Origin: Fidelibacterota bacterium
Lineage (GTDB): Bacteria > Fidelibacterota > Marinisomatia > Marinisomatales > S15-B10
Reading direction: 5' to 3'
DNA length: 18,131 nucleotides
Assembly (NCBI GenBank): GCA_002729175.1
Contig: PBTS01000019.1
Coordinates: 40,943 to 59,073, forward strand
Shown: positions 1-8,589 of the stretch, one piece after another
Numbering within the stretch: the first letter of the stretch is position 1
Layout of the letters: each line of letters begins with the position of its first letter
Program-made: the position numbers and the translations under genes
Notes under the pieces: generated by a model
What the model was told of the DNA's origin: nothing
Seen by the model: the letters and a program-made list of their open reading frames with translations, nothing else
The model's database searches: none

Positions 1-251
1 TACTCAGTACCGTCAATAGTTACCTCGGTCCCGGAATACTTACCGTAGAGGACAGTGTCCCCTTTTTTGACGGCCGACTCAATTAATGTGCCAGCGTCAC
101 TTACTTTTCCCGGGCCAACGGCGACCACCTTCCCCTGCTGAGGTTTTTCCTGAGCAGTGTCTGGAAGGATAATTCCACCTGCTGAGACTTCTTGGGCCTC
201 GTCAGGCTCGACAACGACTCTATCAGCCAAAGGCTTAATTTTCAGTGCCAT
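1..251 (-). CDS. groES: Co-chaperonin GroES (5' part; runs off the window edge)
   Basis: Manual translation from ATG at 251: [83 protein letters not shown]. This has the PLxDRV, GGIILP, AVGPG and YSGTEV GroES motifs. SD AAGGAGA at 261-267. Not in the supplied ORF track. Confidence 0.98.
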   Translation of the reverse strand, partial: MALKIKPLADRVVVEPDEAQEVSAGGIILPDTAQEKPQQGKVVAVGPGKVSDAGTLIESAVKKGDTVLYGKYSGTEVTIDGTE

Positions 252-316
252 CTCTTGTTGTCTCCTTTAACTTAAGTGTTAACAGTTCTCAATCAACTCG
301 ACTTTAGCATACAAAG

Positions 317-343
317 TTATCACTCATTATAAGAGAGTGCCAA
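317..343 (-). promoter_or_regulatory. CIRCE operator (HrcA binding site) upstream of groES
   Basis: Plus strand TTATCACTC-attataaga-GAGTGCCAA versus consensus TTAGCACTC-N9-GAGTGCTAA: exact 9-nt spacer, one mismatch per arm, 65 nt upstream of the groES start. A minus-strand TATAAT lies inside the spacer. Confidence 0.9.
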
Positions 344-406
344 CAAATTTTTTCAAAAATGCAATACAGTTCGAAGGTTAGACTAATTATCAGGAGGCTG
401 GGACTA

Positions 407-1690
407 CTACGTCCCTTCTTCCCAAGCAGACACATATTCTACCTGCTGAGGAGTAGGCTTCTGAAGAGTGATGCCCTGGGCCGCCAATGCCAATCTTGCC
501 ACTTCTTCATCAAGGTCTGATGGAACATCATAAATTTCCGGCTTAAGACTGTCACTACTTTTAGCAAGATATTCCACACAGAGAGCCTGGACAGCAAAAC
601 TACCGTCCATGATCTCGATGGGATGGCCGTGCCCCGAAGGACGTGCCAGATTCACCAACCGCCCCTCTGAAAGGAGTAAAATACCTTTGCCATTCTTCAA
701 TCGGTAACGGACCAGATTTGGCATAATCTCTTTGGATTCCTTGCTCATGGCCTGAAGAGAATCGACGTCGATTTCATTGTTGAAATGACCCGCATTGGCA
801 AGGATCACATTCTCTTTCATTTTTTTGAAGTGATGCTTGGATATAACATGCTTGTTTCCCGTAGCTGTGATAAAAATATCACCCATAGCTGCTGCCTCTT
901 CCATGGACATGACCCAGTTACCGTCATAAAGAGCTTCCAGTCCCCTATGAAAACCGGACTGCTTCTGTTGATTCAGGGAGGCAGCCGTCTCAACCACAAT
1001 CACCCTTGCACCCATACCCCTAAGCCGCATGGCTACCCCCCGGCCTACCCAACCGTAGCCCACCACCACTACTGTCTTCCCGGCAATGAGCATATTGGTG
1101 GCTGAAGCGATGGCATCGATAACGCTCTGGCCGCTACCATACCGGTTATCAAAAAGATATTTTGAGTAGGCATTGTTCACTGCAATGATAGGCACCTTCA
1201 GTTCACCGTCCTGGCTCATAGCTTTCAAACGGATGACACCAGTCGTGGTCTCCTCACATCCGCCCATGACATCATCCAGCATGGCTGGGTACTTAGAATG
1301 GAGCATAAAAATGAGATCGCCACCGTCATCCACAGTAATTTTTGGCGCCGAGCGGATAACGGACTCTATACAGCTGTAGTACTCCTCCTTACTTTGACCG
1401 GACCAGGCAAAAATATCCATCTCTTCAGACAGAGCCGCTGCTACAGCATCATCTGTCGTGAGAGGGTTACATGAACTTGCCGAAATTTCGGCACCTCCAG
1501 CCTGAAGTGTTTGAAGCAGAACACCTGTTTTCTGCTCAAGGTGCATGGCGACACCGACAGACAGCCCCGTAAGCGGTTTCTCCTCCTCATACCTCTCCCG
1601 AATGCTGGCCAAGATGGGCATATTTTCACCAGCCCAACCGAGAGCCCGCCGGCCCTCTTCCTCCAGTGATTTATCTTTTATTTTACTCAT
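407..1690 (-). CDS. ahcY: Adenosylhomocysteinase family (SAH/SIH hydrolase), short archaeal/Thermotoga-like form
   Basis: Motifs SCNPLTT, DDGGDL, EETTTG, KYLFDNRYG, Rossmann GYGWVGRG, NAGHFNNEID, EGRLVNL, GHPIEIMD. Lacks the ~40-aa insert of long bacterial/plant forms. Confidence 0.96.
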   Translation of the reverse strand: MSKIKDKSLEEEGRRALGWAGENMPILASIRERYEEEKPLTGLSVGVAMHLEQKTGVLLQTLQAGGAEISASSCNPLTTDDAVAAALSEEMDIFAWSGQSKEEYYSCIESVIRSAPKITVDDGGDLIFMLHSKYPAMLDDVMGGCEETTTGVIRLKAMSQDGELKVPIIAVNNAYSKYLFDNRYGSGQSVIDAIASATNMLIAGKTVVVVGYGWVGRGVAMRLRGMGARVIVVETAASLNQQKQSGFHRGLEALYDGNWVMSMEEAAAMGDIFITATGNKHVISKHHFKKMKENVILANAGHFNNEIDVDSLQAMSKESKEIMPNLVRYRLKNGKGILLLSEGRLVNLARPSGHGHPIEIMDGSFAVQALCVEYLAKSSDSLKPEIYDVPSDLDEEVARLALAAQGITLQKPTPQQVEYVSAWEEGT

Positions 1691-2121
1691 GAACCTGTAC
1701 TCCCGAAACCACCGTCACCGCGGGACGATTCGCTCAGTTCGCTCACGATTTCGATCTCCAGCGGTGCCCCATCCATGGCGACCACCTGAAACAAACGCTG
1801 ACCTGCCTCAACAGTGTATGACTCGCTGGTGATATTGTCACAAAAGGCGATGAGCTCTCCTCTATAACCACCGTCAATAAGCCCTATTGAATTTGCCAGC
1901 CTCAGCGGGGTTTTAGAAATGCTTGATCTCGGCATCATGAAGTAGGGCCTCCCTTCCATTTCGCACGCCACCTGGAGGTGGATGGGCACAGTCTCCCGGG
2001 CACTGATAGTCACTTCGTTTGGTACGAAAAGGTCCAGGCCCGCATCACCAGGATGAAAATGACCATGATTCTCATAGAGAGATTTAACAGCGGCATTAAA
2101 CGGTTTTATTTTAAGTAACAC
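1687..2121 (-). CDS. dut: Trimeric dUTP diphosphatase
   Basis: All five dUTPase motifs: AGLDL, PRSS, GLIDGGYRGEL, QRLFQ, RGDGGFGSTG. GTG start; ATGA overlap with ahcY. Confidence 0.96.
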   Translation of the reverse strand: MLLKIKPFNAAVKSLYENHGHFHPGDAGLDLFVPNEVTISARETVPIHLQVACEMEGRPYFMMPRSSISKTPLRLANSIGLIDGGYRGELIAFCDNITSESYTVEAGQRLFQVVAMDGAPLEIEIVSELSESSRGDGGFGSTGS

Positions 2122-3439
2122 TTGAATCTCTTAACCTGTCCCAAATAAAATAGATTATAGTCCCGCCAGCCAGGAAACCGACACCCCAGGCCGGTAATAT
2201 CGAGCCTTGTGACAAATGGAACTGTATCACACCCCACGACACGAGCATTGCACACCCAATGTATGCAACGGGAACCAGTGGAAACAAGGGTGTTCTGTAC
2301 CTCTCCTCACTTCCCTCACCCTGTCCAATTTTCAGCATGGTAGAAATGGAAAGAGCGGAAAAAAGGATCATCACTACCGATGTTGAGTCCACAAGATCGT
2401 TGATATTAAGGGAATAAACCATAACCACACACCAGGCTGCCTGGACCATGAGCGCATTAACCGGTGTATCAAACTTTGGGTGGCGCTTCGCCGTAAATCG
2501 GAAAAAAACATCGTGATCACCCATGGCTTGAATCACCCTGGCCCCCGCAGTTTGAATAGTAATGGAGAGTGAACTGATAATACTGACAAAGATGAGTATA
2601 GATAGGAAAGTGGACCACCCTTCGGCGCCCACCGCTTTCAACGCCATGAGGGGCACCATCTCTTCATTCCGCATGGCCTCCAATCCGATAGCTTTCAGAA
2701 AACCTAACTGTACAATGATATAGATGACTGTGGTAATAACTGTCCCGCCGATGAGAGCAAACGGCAGTGTCTTCCTTGGATTGTGGATCTCTCCGGCTAT
2801 GTAGCCAGCCACATTCCACCCTGTATAAGCGAAAAAGATAGGAATAAGCGCCCGGGAAAAACCGATGAGGGGGCTCCCTTCAACAGCAGTTGCTGATTCA
2901 ACAGCCGGCACCGATGAAGTGTTTGAAAATAGCATAACCGAAAGTAGTCCCAAACCGCCAATCTTTGCCACCGTAAGAATGGACTGGAAACGGGAGCCAA
3001 TGGTGATTCTGAGACAGTGAAGTCCGGAAAAAAGAATCACCAGCACAGATGCAAGTGCTGGCACTGAAAGTGGAACACCAGGAAAAAATTCCTTCAAATA
3101 CTTTCCGCCGAAAATAGACAGGATGGCAATAGAGCCTGTCTCAAAAACCATGAGACTCATCCAGCCGTAGAGAAAGGCAGGATAGGTGCCGTACACCTTC
3201 TTCAAATAGAGGAAGTCGCCTCCAATATCAGGAAATTCCGTGGAAAGCTCAGCAATAGCCAGAGCTCCCAGAGTAGCCATGATACCTCCTACAATCCACG
3301 CCATGATGAGCCAAGCGCCATCTAGGACCGGTGCAGCGGCATATCCTGAAAGGAGAAAAATAGCCGAGCCGATCATGTTCCCCGCCACCATGTTGGTGGC
3401 ATCGAATGTTCTGACAACACGTTTGGGTGAATTTGACAT
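2111..3439 (-). CDS. APC-superfamily (LAT/SteT-like) amino acid permease
   Basis: About 12 hydrophobic segments; TM1 GNMIGSAIF, AELSTEFPDIGGDFLY, TM6 FAYTGWN, GEIHNPRKTLP, HPKFDTP. Confidence 0.92.
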   Translation of the reverse strand: MSNSPKRVVRTFDATNMVAGNMIGSAIFLLSGYAAAPVLDGAWLIMAWIVGGIMATLGALAIAELSTEFPDIGGDFLYLKKVYGTYPAFLYGWMSLMVFETGSIAILSIFGGKYLKEFFPGVPLSVPALASVLVILFSGLHCLRITIGSRFQSILTVAKIGGLGLLSVMLFSNTSSVPAVESATAVEGSPLIGFSRALIPIFFAYTGWNVAGYIAGEIHNPRKTLPFALIGGTVITTVIYIIVQLGFLKAIGLEAMRNEEMVPLMALKAVGAEGWSTFLSILIFVSIISSLSITIQTAGARVIQAMGDHDVFFRFTAKRHPKFDTPVNALMVQAAWCVVMVYSLNINDLVDSTSVVMILFSALSISTMLKIGQGEGSEERYRTPLFPLVPVAYIGCAMLVSWGVIQFHLSQGSILPAWGVGFLAGGTIIYFIWDRLRDSSVT

Positions 3440-3454
3440 AATCTTTCGGAGTAC

Positions 3455-3826
3455 CTATCCGCGGTAAGCGGCCACCGCCAGGGCGGCCCACCCCGCCAAA
3501 AAACATAGGCCGCCGAAAGGTGTCACTACCCCTAAGGAAGTCACACCAGTAAATACCATAAGGTAAATAGAGCCGGAAAAGAGAACAACACCGGTTGCAA
3601 ACAGCCGGCCGGACCATTCAAGAAGAGGTGATGAAACAGTGTTGGCCAAAACGCCTACTAGAATCAGCGCTAGAGCGTGATATATCTGATAACGGGCAGC
3701 AGTCTCAAATGATGACAGCGTATCGGCAGTTACCTTCGATTTGAGTCCGTGGGCGCCAAAAGCACCCAAGGCAACAGCGAGAAAACCGAAAACAGCACCG
3801 GTGACGATCCAGGCCGAAGGTTTCAC
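3455..3826 (-). CDS. DUF423 (YgdD/TMEM256) family membrane protein
   Basis: ALGAFGAHGL, ETAARYQIYHALAL, LFSGSIY and TPFGG signatures; GTG start. Confidence 0.93.
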   Translation of the reverse strand: MKPSAWIVTGAVFGFLAVALGAFGAHGLKSKVTADTLSSFETAARYQIYHALALILVGVLANTVSSPLLEWSGRLFATGVVLFSGSIYLMVFTGVTSLGVVTPFGGLCFLAGWAALAVAAYRG

Positions 3827-3871
3827 TGGAATAAAGGAAAGTTTGTCAACCCAAGGTAGGGTGAGTCCGGC

Positions 3872-4906
3872 TTATTCCCCGTTTCGCTGGTAAACAGTCC
3901 GAATGGGGAACGGAATCTCGATCCCTTCTTCTTTGAACCGTTTGTGAAGCCGCTTGATGAACTGATGGGTCACTGCCCACTGGCCACCGTAATCATTGGA
4001 GCCTATGGAAACCCTGAAGTCGATACTGGACTCACCAAAATTGATAAAAGTGATGCTCGGCTCATAGTTCTTGTCGGCCCCTTCCACATTGGATTTGACC
4101 TCATCGGCCACCTTCAGCACTACCCGCTCCACATGATCAAGATCGCTGTCGTAGCTGACGCCGCAAGCGATCCTTGCAACCAGGAGCTTCACAGGCACAT
4201 CATAGTTGGTCATAATTGCTGTAGAGAGTCTGGAGTTAGGAATCACAACTGTATTGTTTCGGCGATCCTGAATAATGGTGTTCCGCCAGGTAATGTTCTG
4301 AACCGTCCCTTTGTGTAAGGTGTCCAGCTCCACCAGATCACCTGGTATCACCTTTCTGGAAAGTAATATATGCAGCCCGGCAAACAGGTCAGACAGCGTA
4401 TCTTTCAGCGCAAGTGCTATGGCTAGACCTCCCACACCCAGAGCTGTGAGCACCGGCGTAACGGAAATTCCCAGAGTTTGGAAAATGACCAGCAGGCCAA
4501 CAGTAATAATCAAAATCCGAGTTAGGTTGGAGAACAAGGTGGTGGATGGAAAAGCATCATTGCTTTCAGCAAAGATTTCCAGTAAACCTACCGCCATGCG
4601 CGAAAGTGCAAGAGTAATAGACAGCACAAACAGGATCATTATTACTGTCTGGATTGTCCCCATAAGCTCTTCACCAAAGGATAAACGGTTCACCGCCAGG
4701 TATACACCGCCAAGTACAAACCACAGTACGGTGAGTGACTCTATAGCATTCAAGACCACATCGTCACCTTTCCAGCTTGTCTTTTCGGCAACCTTCTTAA
4801 GACGATTGTGGATATACTTCTTGAATATCCACCCAACAAAGGCAGCACCAAGAACAAAACCAAGTGCGATCAGGGGATCTTTGTAAGAATGTAGGTCAAA
4901 AGGCAT
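3872..4906 (-). CDS. mscS: Small-conductance mechanosensitive channel (MscS family, extra N-terminal TM helices)
   Basis: Pore helix LGVGGLAIALALKDTLSDLFAG; PGDLV, IPNS, GVSYDSD, FGESSIDF and GIEIPFP motifs. Confidence 0.93.
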   Translation of the reverse strand: MPFDLHSYKDPLIALGFVLGAAFVGWIFKKYIHNRLKKVAEKTSWKGDDVVLNAIESLTVLWFVLGGVYLAVNRLSFGEELMGTIQTVIMILFVLSITLALSRMAVGLLEIFAESNDAFPSTTLFSNLTRILIITVGLLVIFQTLGISVTPVLTALGVGGLAIALALKDTLSDLFAGLHILLSRKVIPGDLVELDTLHKGTVQNITWRNTIIQDRRNNTVVIPNSRLSTAIMTNYDVPVKLLVARIACGVSYDSDLDHVERVVLKVADEVKSNVEGADKNYEPSITFINFGESSIDFRVSIGSNDYGGQWAVTHQFIKRLHKRFKEEGIEIPFPIRTVYQRNGE

Positions 4907-4931
4907 GAGTCTTTACCCTGGCGAATTTACA

Positions 4932-4940
4932 ATTGTAGCA
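4932..4940 (-). promoter_or_regulatory. Putative extended -10 promoter (TGcTACAAT) upstream of mscS
   Basis: Minus strand TGCTACAAT, 25 nt upstream of the mscS ATG in a 40-nt gap; overlaps palindrome TACAATTGTA (4928-4937). Confidence 0.4.
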
Positions 4941-4946
4941 AATTCT

Positions 4947-5894
4947 CTAAGAAGGAATCTTTGGCTCTTTTTTCCGCGACCAGATGGGTTCACCTTTCAC
5001 ACTAACCGTCTCATGTTTAAAACTACCCTTCTTGTTATACACCCGCTCAAAAATGATTCTGTTTCGGACGTAGAACTGTACCACTGCTAGCAGCCCGTTC
5101 TGGTGCCACTGAAGTTCAGCACCGTGCTTTTTATCACCGATAAAATCCGCCTCAATTTGCCGATTCCCGTTCTGAAACCGCACTCTGTGAATCGTATGCT
5201 TTTCATGAAGCGATTCGCTGATACGCCGTCCATGACGGTCCCATTCCAGTAACCACTCCTTTTTTCCGTCGCGGAAAGCAGTGGCTGAGTTGAGTTCACC
5301 GGAATCGTGCCACTTGATGAGAATGTGGGGTATATCATCAATGTATATCTCGTTTGACACTATCATCCCTTTTGGAGTCCATTCGGAAAAAGTGCCATTT
5401 TTCTTCCCATTCTCATACTCCACAAGACTCGAAACCACACCACTTGAATACCAAGTCACATGGACACCATTCAGTTCATTATCAGCATATTCACTCAGAG
5501 ATCGAAGCGTTTCGTCATCATACCAAATTCGCCAGGTCCCTACCCGCTGCCCACCTTTAAAGATCTGTTCAAAAAGAAGAACACCGTTGGGGTACCAAGC
5601 TCGGGACTTTCCATCAAGCAAACTGTCTTTATAGACACGAACCGTATCCCGGCTGCCCTGTTCTCCCAACCATTGCCATTTCCCATGAGGAACCCCCTTT
5701 TTAAATGGCCTCATCACACTAACTTGTCCGTTCTCGTGGTATGATGTCATCTTCACCATTGTGGAATCTCCTTTGGCCACTTTTGAAAGTACCTCAGTCC
5801 GCTGGCCGTCCACTTCTACAGTAGTAAGATTCTTTCCACCAGAACAACCAATAATCAACAGGCTGATATAAATGAAGGAAAGACGAATCATCAC
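4947..5894 (-). CDS. MORN-variant repeat (YwqK-like) lipoprotein
   Basis: Lipobox LIIGC at about Cys17; repeated ~24-aa units such as GKSRAWYPNG, GTWRIWYDDE, GVHVTWYSSG, GTFSEWTPKG, GAELQWHQNG. Confidence 0.85.
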   Translation of the reverse strand: MMIRLSFIYISLLIIGCSGGKNLTTVEVDGQRTEVLSKVAKGDSTMVKMTSYHENGQVSVMRPFKKGVPHGKWQWLGEQGSRDTVRVYKDSLLDGKSRAWYPNGVLLFEQIFKGGQRVGTWRIWYDDETLRSLSEYADNELNGVHVTWYSSGVVSSLVEYENGKKNGTFSEWTPKGMIVSNEIYIDDIPHILIKWHDSGELNSATAFRDGKKEWLLEWDRHGRRISESLHEKHTIHRVRFQNGNRQIEADFIGDKKHGAELQWHQNGLLAVVQFYVRNRIIFERVYNKKGSFKHETVSVKGEPIWSRKKEPKIPS

Positions 5895-5906
5895 AGTTGG
5901 AATTTG

Positions 5907-7025
5907 TTACTTCATAAATTGATTAAGGGCGTCCCCCACTCTCGACATAGCCTCCTCAAATCCGCTGGAATGCCCAAAACCGATCCGTATAAAACCTTCG
6001 GCGTTGAAACTGTAGTTCCCCGACGGAACAAGGACAGAATAGTCCTCCGCCAGTTTCAGACAGAAATCATCTGTGTTAACACTGTCAATAAATTTAGGAA
6101 AGGTGACGGGACCACCCTTAGGCTCTACCCAGTCAAAGACGCCGTTCCTCTCTCCCATCCACTGTTTAAGAAAGGTATAGTTCGTATCTAAAATCGTCTG
6201 ATTACGCCCTATGACCTTATCCCTATTCCGGTGAGCTACTGTGGCGATCTTCTGCTCAATAACCGGAGCTGTGACGGTGGTATAAAACCGTATATGAATC
6301 AACGCTTCAAGGACCTCCTCAGGCGCCGCGATCCACCCCACCCTGAGGCCACTCAAACCGAACGACTTAGACATGGAGCCAGTAGAGATGGTAGTAGAGT
6401 CAATGTCACGAATGGACGGTGTTACCGGCCCTCCATCAACTGTGATTCCCCGGAATACTTCGTCCACCCAGAGTTGAATGCCGTGTTCCAGGGAAAAGTG
6501 TACCAAGTGCTGAAGATCGTCTCTCAGCATAATATGTCCAGTGGGATTGTTCGGATTGTTTACAACGATCAGTTTTGTTGTATCATCCACCAATTCCTTC
6601 AGTTCGTCAAGATCCGGTTCAAATCTGTTCTCGTGTCTCAAATGCCAGTGACGTATTTCAGCTCCGTTATCTTCTGCCAGCTGGTAAAGCGCCGGATACA
6701 TAGGGAACATGGCTATCATTGAGTCACCTGGCGAAAGAATAGATTCGATAAGCAGGAATATGGCTTCTGTGCTGGACGATGTTATGTAGACATTTTCCGG
6801 AGCTCCCTTTTTATACCACGTGGAGATAGCCCCCCTCAGCTCGTCACTGCCTGGCCCCGGTGTGGCGCCAAGAGACGACCCGGCGAAATCGACGGTTTCA
6901 CCGGTAATTTGACACAACTCCTCCATGGTCATTCCTGCACAACTGCTTGATCCAAGAAGATGATCCACCTCGAACTCATACCTCTCAAACCACTCTTCAA
7001 GTTGAAATACAGAATATTTTGTCAC
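5907..7025 (-). CDS. PLP-dependent aminotransferase class I/II
   Basis: NNPNNPTG, VDEVFRG, PLP-lysine motif SMSKSFGLSGLRVGW, C-terminal IRIGF. Substrate unknown. Confidence 0.93.
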   Translation of the reverse strand: MTKYSVFQLEEWFERYEFEVDHLLGSSSCAGMTMEELCQITGETVDFAGSSLGATPGPGSDELRGAISTWYKKGAPENVYITSSSTEAIFLLIESILSPGDSMIAMFPMYPALYQLAEDNGAEIRHWHLRHENRFEPDLDELKELVDDTTKLIVVNNPNNPTGHIMLRDDLQHLVHFSLEHGIQLWVDEVFRGITVDGGPVTPSIRDIDSTTISTGSMSKSFGLSGLRVGWIAAPEEVLEALIHIRFYTTVTAPVIEQKIATVAHRNRDKVIGRNQTILDTNYTFLKQWMGERNGVFDWVEPKGGPVTFPKFIDSVNTDDFCLKLAEDYSVLVPSGNYSFNAEGFIRIGFGHSSGFEEAMSRVGDALNQFMK

Positions 7026-7035
7026 TGTTTACCCC

Positions 7036-8589
7036 TTAGTTCAACCATAACTGCCGATCCAAACTTCTATATTGAATTGCCTCCGCCAAATGAGACGGCT
7101 GAATCTCGGGCTCACTGGCCAGATCGGCAATAGTTCTTGACACTTTAAGTATTCGGTCATAGGCCCGCGCTGATAGACCCAGTTTCTCCATAGCCGAATT
7201 GAGGAGAGATTTTCCTTTCAGTCCTATTTTGCAAAACCGTCTGATTTCCTTCGTCTCCATATGAGCGTTGGCATACATCCCATCCACAGCCCGGAACCGC
7301 TCAGATTGTTTCTTCCTCGCCTGCTCCACGCGTCCCCTGATACTGTCCGATTTTTCCCCGGACGGTTTCTCCGAAAGATCACTGAATGGTACTGCCGGCA
7401 CGTCCACGTGGAGATCAATCCTGTCAAACAGCGGTCCCGAGATGCGACCCATATATTTTTGGATCGCCTGGGGCCCGCATGTGCAATCGTTGTTCGGATC
7501 CGTGGCGTAACCGCAAGGGCACGGATTGGTGGCAGCCACCAGCTGGAAATTGGCCGGATAGCTCACCGTAAGGGCGGCCCGTGCGATGGTCACTTCGCCG
7601 TTTTCCATGGGCTGGCGCATCACTTCCAGAACATTTTTCCTGAACTCAGCCAGCTCATCCAAAAAGAGAATACCGTGGTGCGCGAGACTCACTTCTCCAG
7701 GTTTTGGCACTGTCCCACCGCCAATGAGTCCCGCATCACTGATAGTATGATGGGGCGAGCGAAAAGGACGTGTAGCGATTACACCTGAATCAGGTGGTAG
7801 AGAACCGGCTACGGAGTGGATCTTGGTCGTTTCCAGCGCTTCATCCAGCGTCAGATGGGGGAGAATGGTGGGCAGTCGTTTTGCAAGCATAGTCTTTCCC
7901 GATCCCGGTGGACCGATGAGAATAACGTTATGACCTCCGGCAGCAGCCACCTCCATGGCCCGTTTCACATGCTCCTGTCCTTTCACTTCCTCAAAATCGA
8001 TGGGGTAGTTGAGGCTATCCCTAAACAGTTCATCAAGATCAACTTTTGTATGTTCAAGGGTATATTCACCGTTCAGTATATCTACCACCTCTTTCAGCGA
8101 AGATGCTCCCGCCACTTTCACCCCTTCAGCCACGGCTGCTTCCCGGGCGTTCTCCCGGGGGACGATAATTCCTTTTACGCCGGATTGACTGGCGGATATG
8201 GCGATGGGCAGTGCACCTCGAATGGGACGGAGGGAACCGTCTAGCGAAAGTTCTCCCAGCATCCACAGCTTATCCAAATATTGAGTATCCACTTCACCCA
8301 GCGCAGCTAGGATTCCGATGGCCATGGGAAGATCGAAGGCGCTACCCTCCTTCCTTATATCCGCCGGGGCGAGATTTACCACTACTTTCTTGCTGGGAAA
8401 GCGAAATCCTGAGTTCTTGATGGCGGCTACTACGCGCTCCTTGCTCTCTTTCACTGCCCCTTCTGGCAGTCCTACAGTGAGAAACTGAGGCATAGGTCTT
8501 GGCGTCAGATTGGCCTCGAGCTCCATCTCGTACGCATCTATGCCGAGAATGGCACTGCTCAGAACGCGGGCATGCATTTTCACAACCAT
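7036..8589 (-). CDS. comM: YifB/ComM family Mg-chelatase-like AAA+ ATPase
   Basis: VGLPEGAVKESKERV, NLAPADIRKEGSAFDLP, Walker A GPPGSGKT, RPFRSPHHT, LFLDE, NPCPCG, LSARAYDRILKVSRTIADL. Start may be 8589 (SD AGGAG) or 8577 (MHARV). Confidence 0.95.
   Translation of the reverse strand: MVVKMHARVLSSAILGIDAYEMELEANLTPRPMPQFLTVGLPEGAVKESKERVVAAIKNSGFRFPSKKVVVNLAPADIRKEGSAFDLPMAIGILAALGEVDTQYLDKLWMLGELSLDGSLRPIRGALPIAISASQSGVKGIIVPRENAREAAVAEGVKVAGASSLKEVVDILNGEYTLEHTKVDLDELFRDSLNYPIDFEEVKGQEHVKRAMEVAAAGGHNVILIGPPGSGKTMLAKRLPTILPHLTLDEALETTKIHSVAGSLPPDSGVIATRPFRSPHHTISDAGLIGGGTVPKPGEVSLAHHGILFLDELAEFRKNVLEVMRQPMENGEVTIARAALTVSYPANFQLVAATNPCPCGYATDPNNDCTCGPQAIQKYMGRISGPLFDRIDLHVDVPAVPFSDLSEKPSGEKSDSIRGRVEQARKKQSERFRAVDGMYANAHMETKEIRRFCKIGLKGKSLLNSAMEKLGLSARAYDRILKVSRTIADLASEPEIQPSHLAEAIQYRSLDRQLWLN

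Noticed and set aside
3844..3849. Perfect TTGACA -35 box upstream of DUF423
   Set aside because: No -10 element at 16-18 nt spacing; that position falls on the GTG start.
5907..7025. Capreomycidine synthase (VioD)-like secondary-metabolite gene
   Set aside because: The N-terminus resembles that aminotransferase subgroup, but no NRPS or arginine hydroxylase is nearby.
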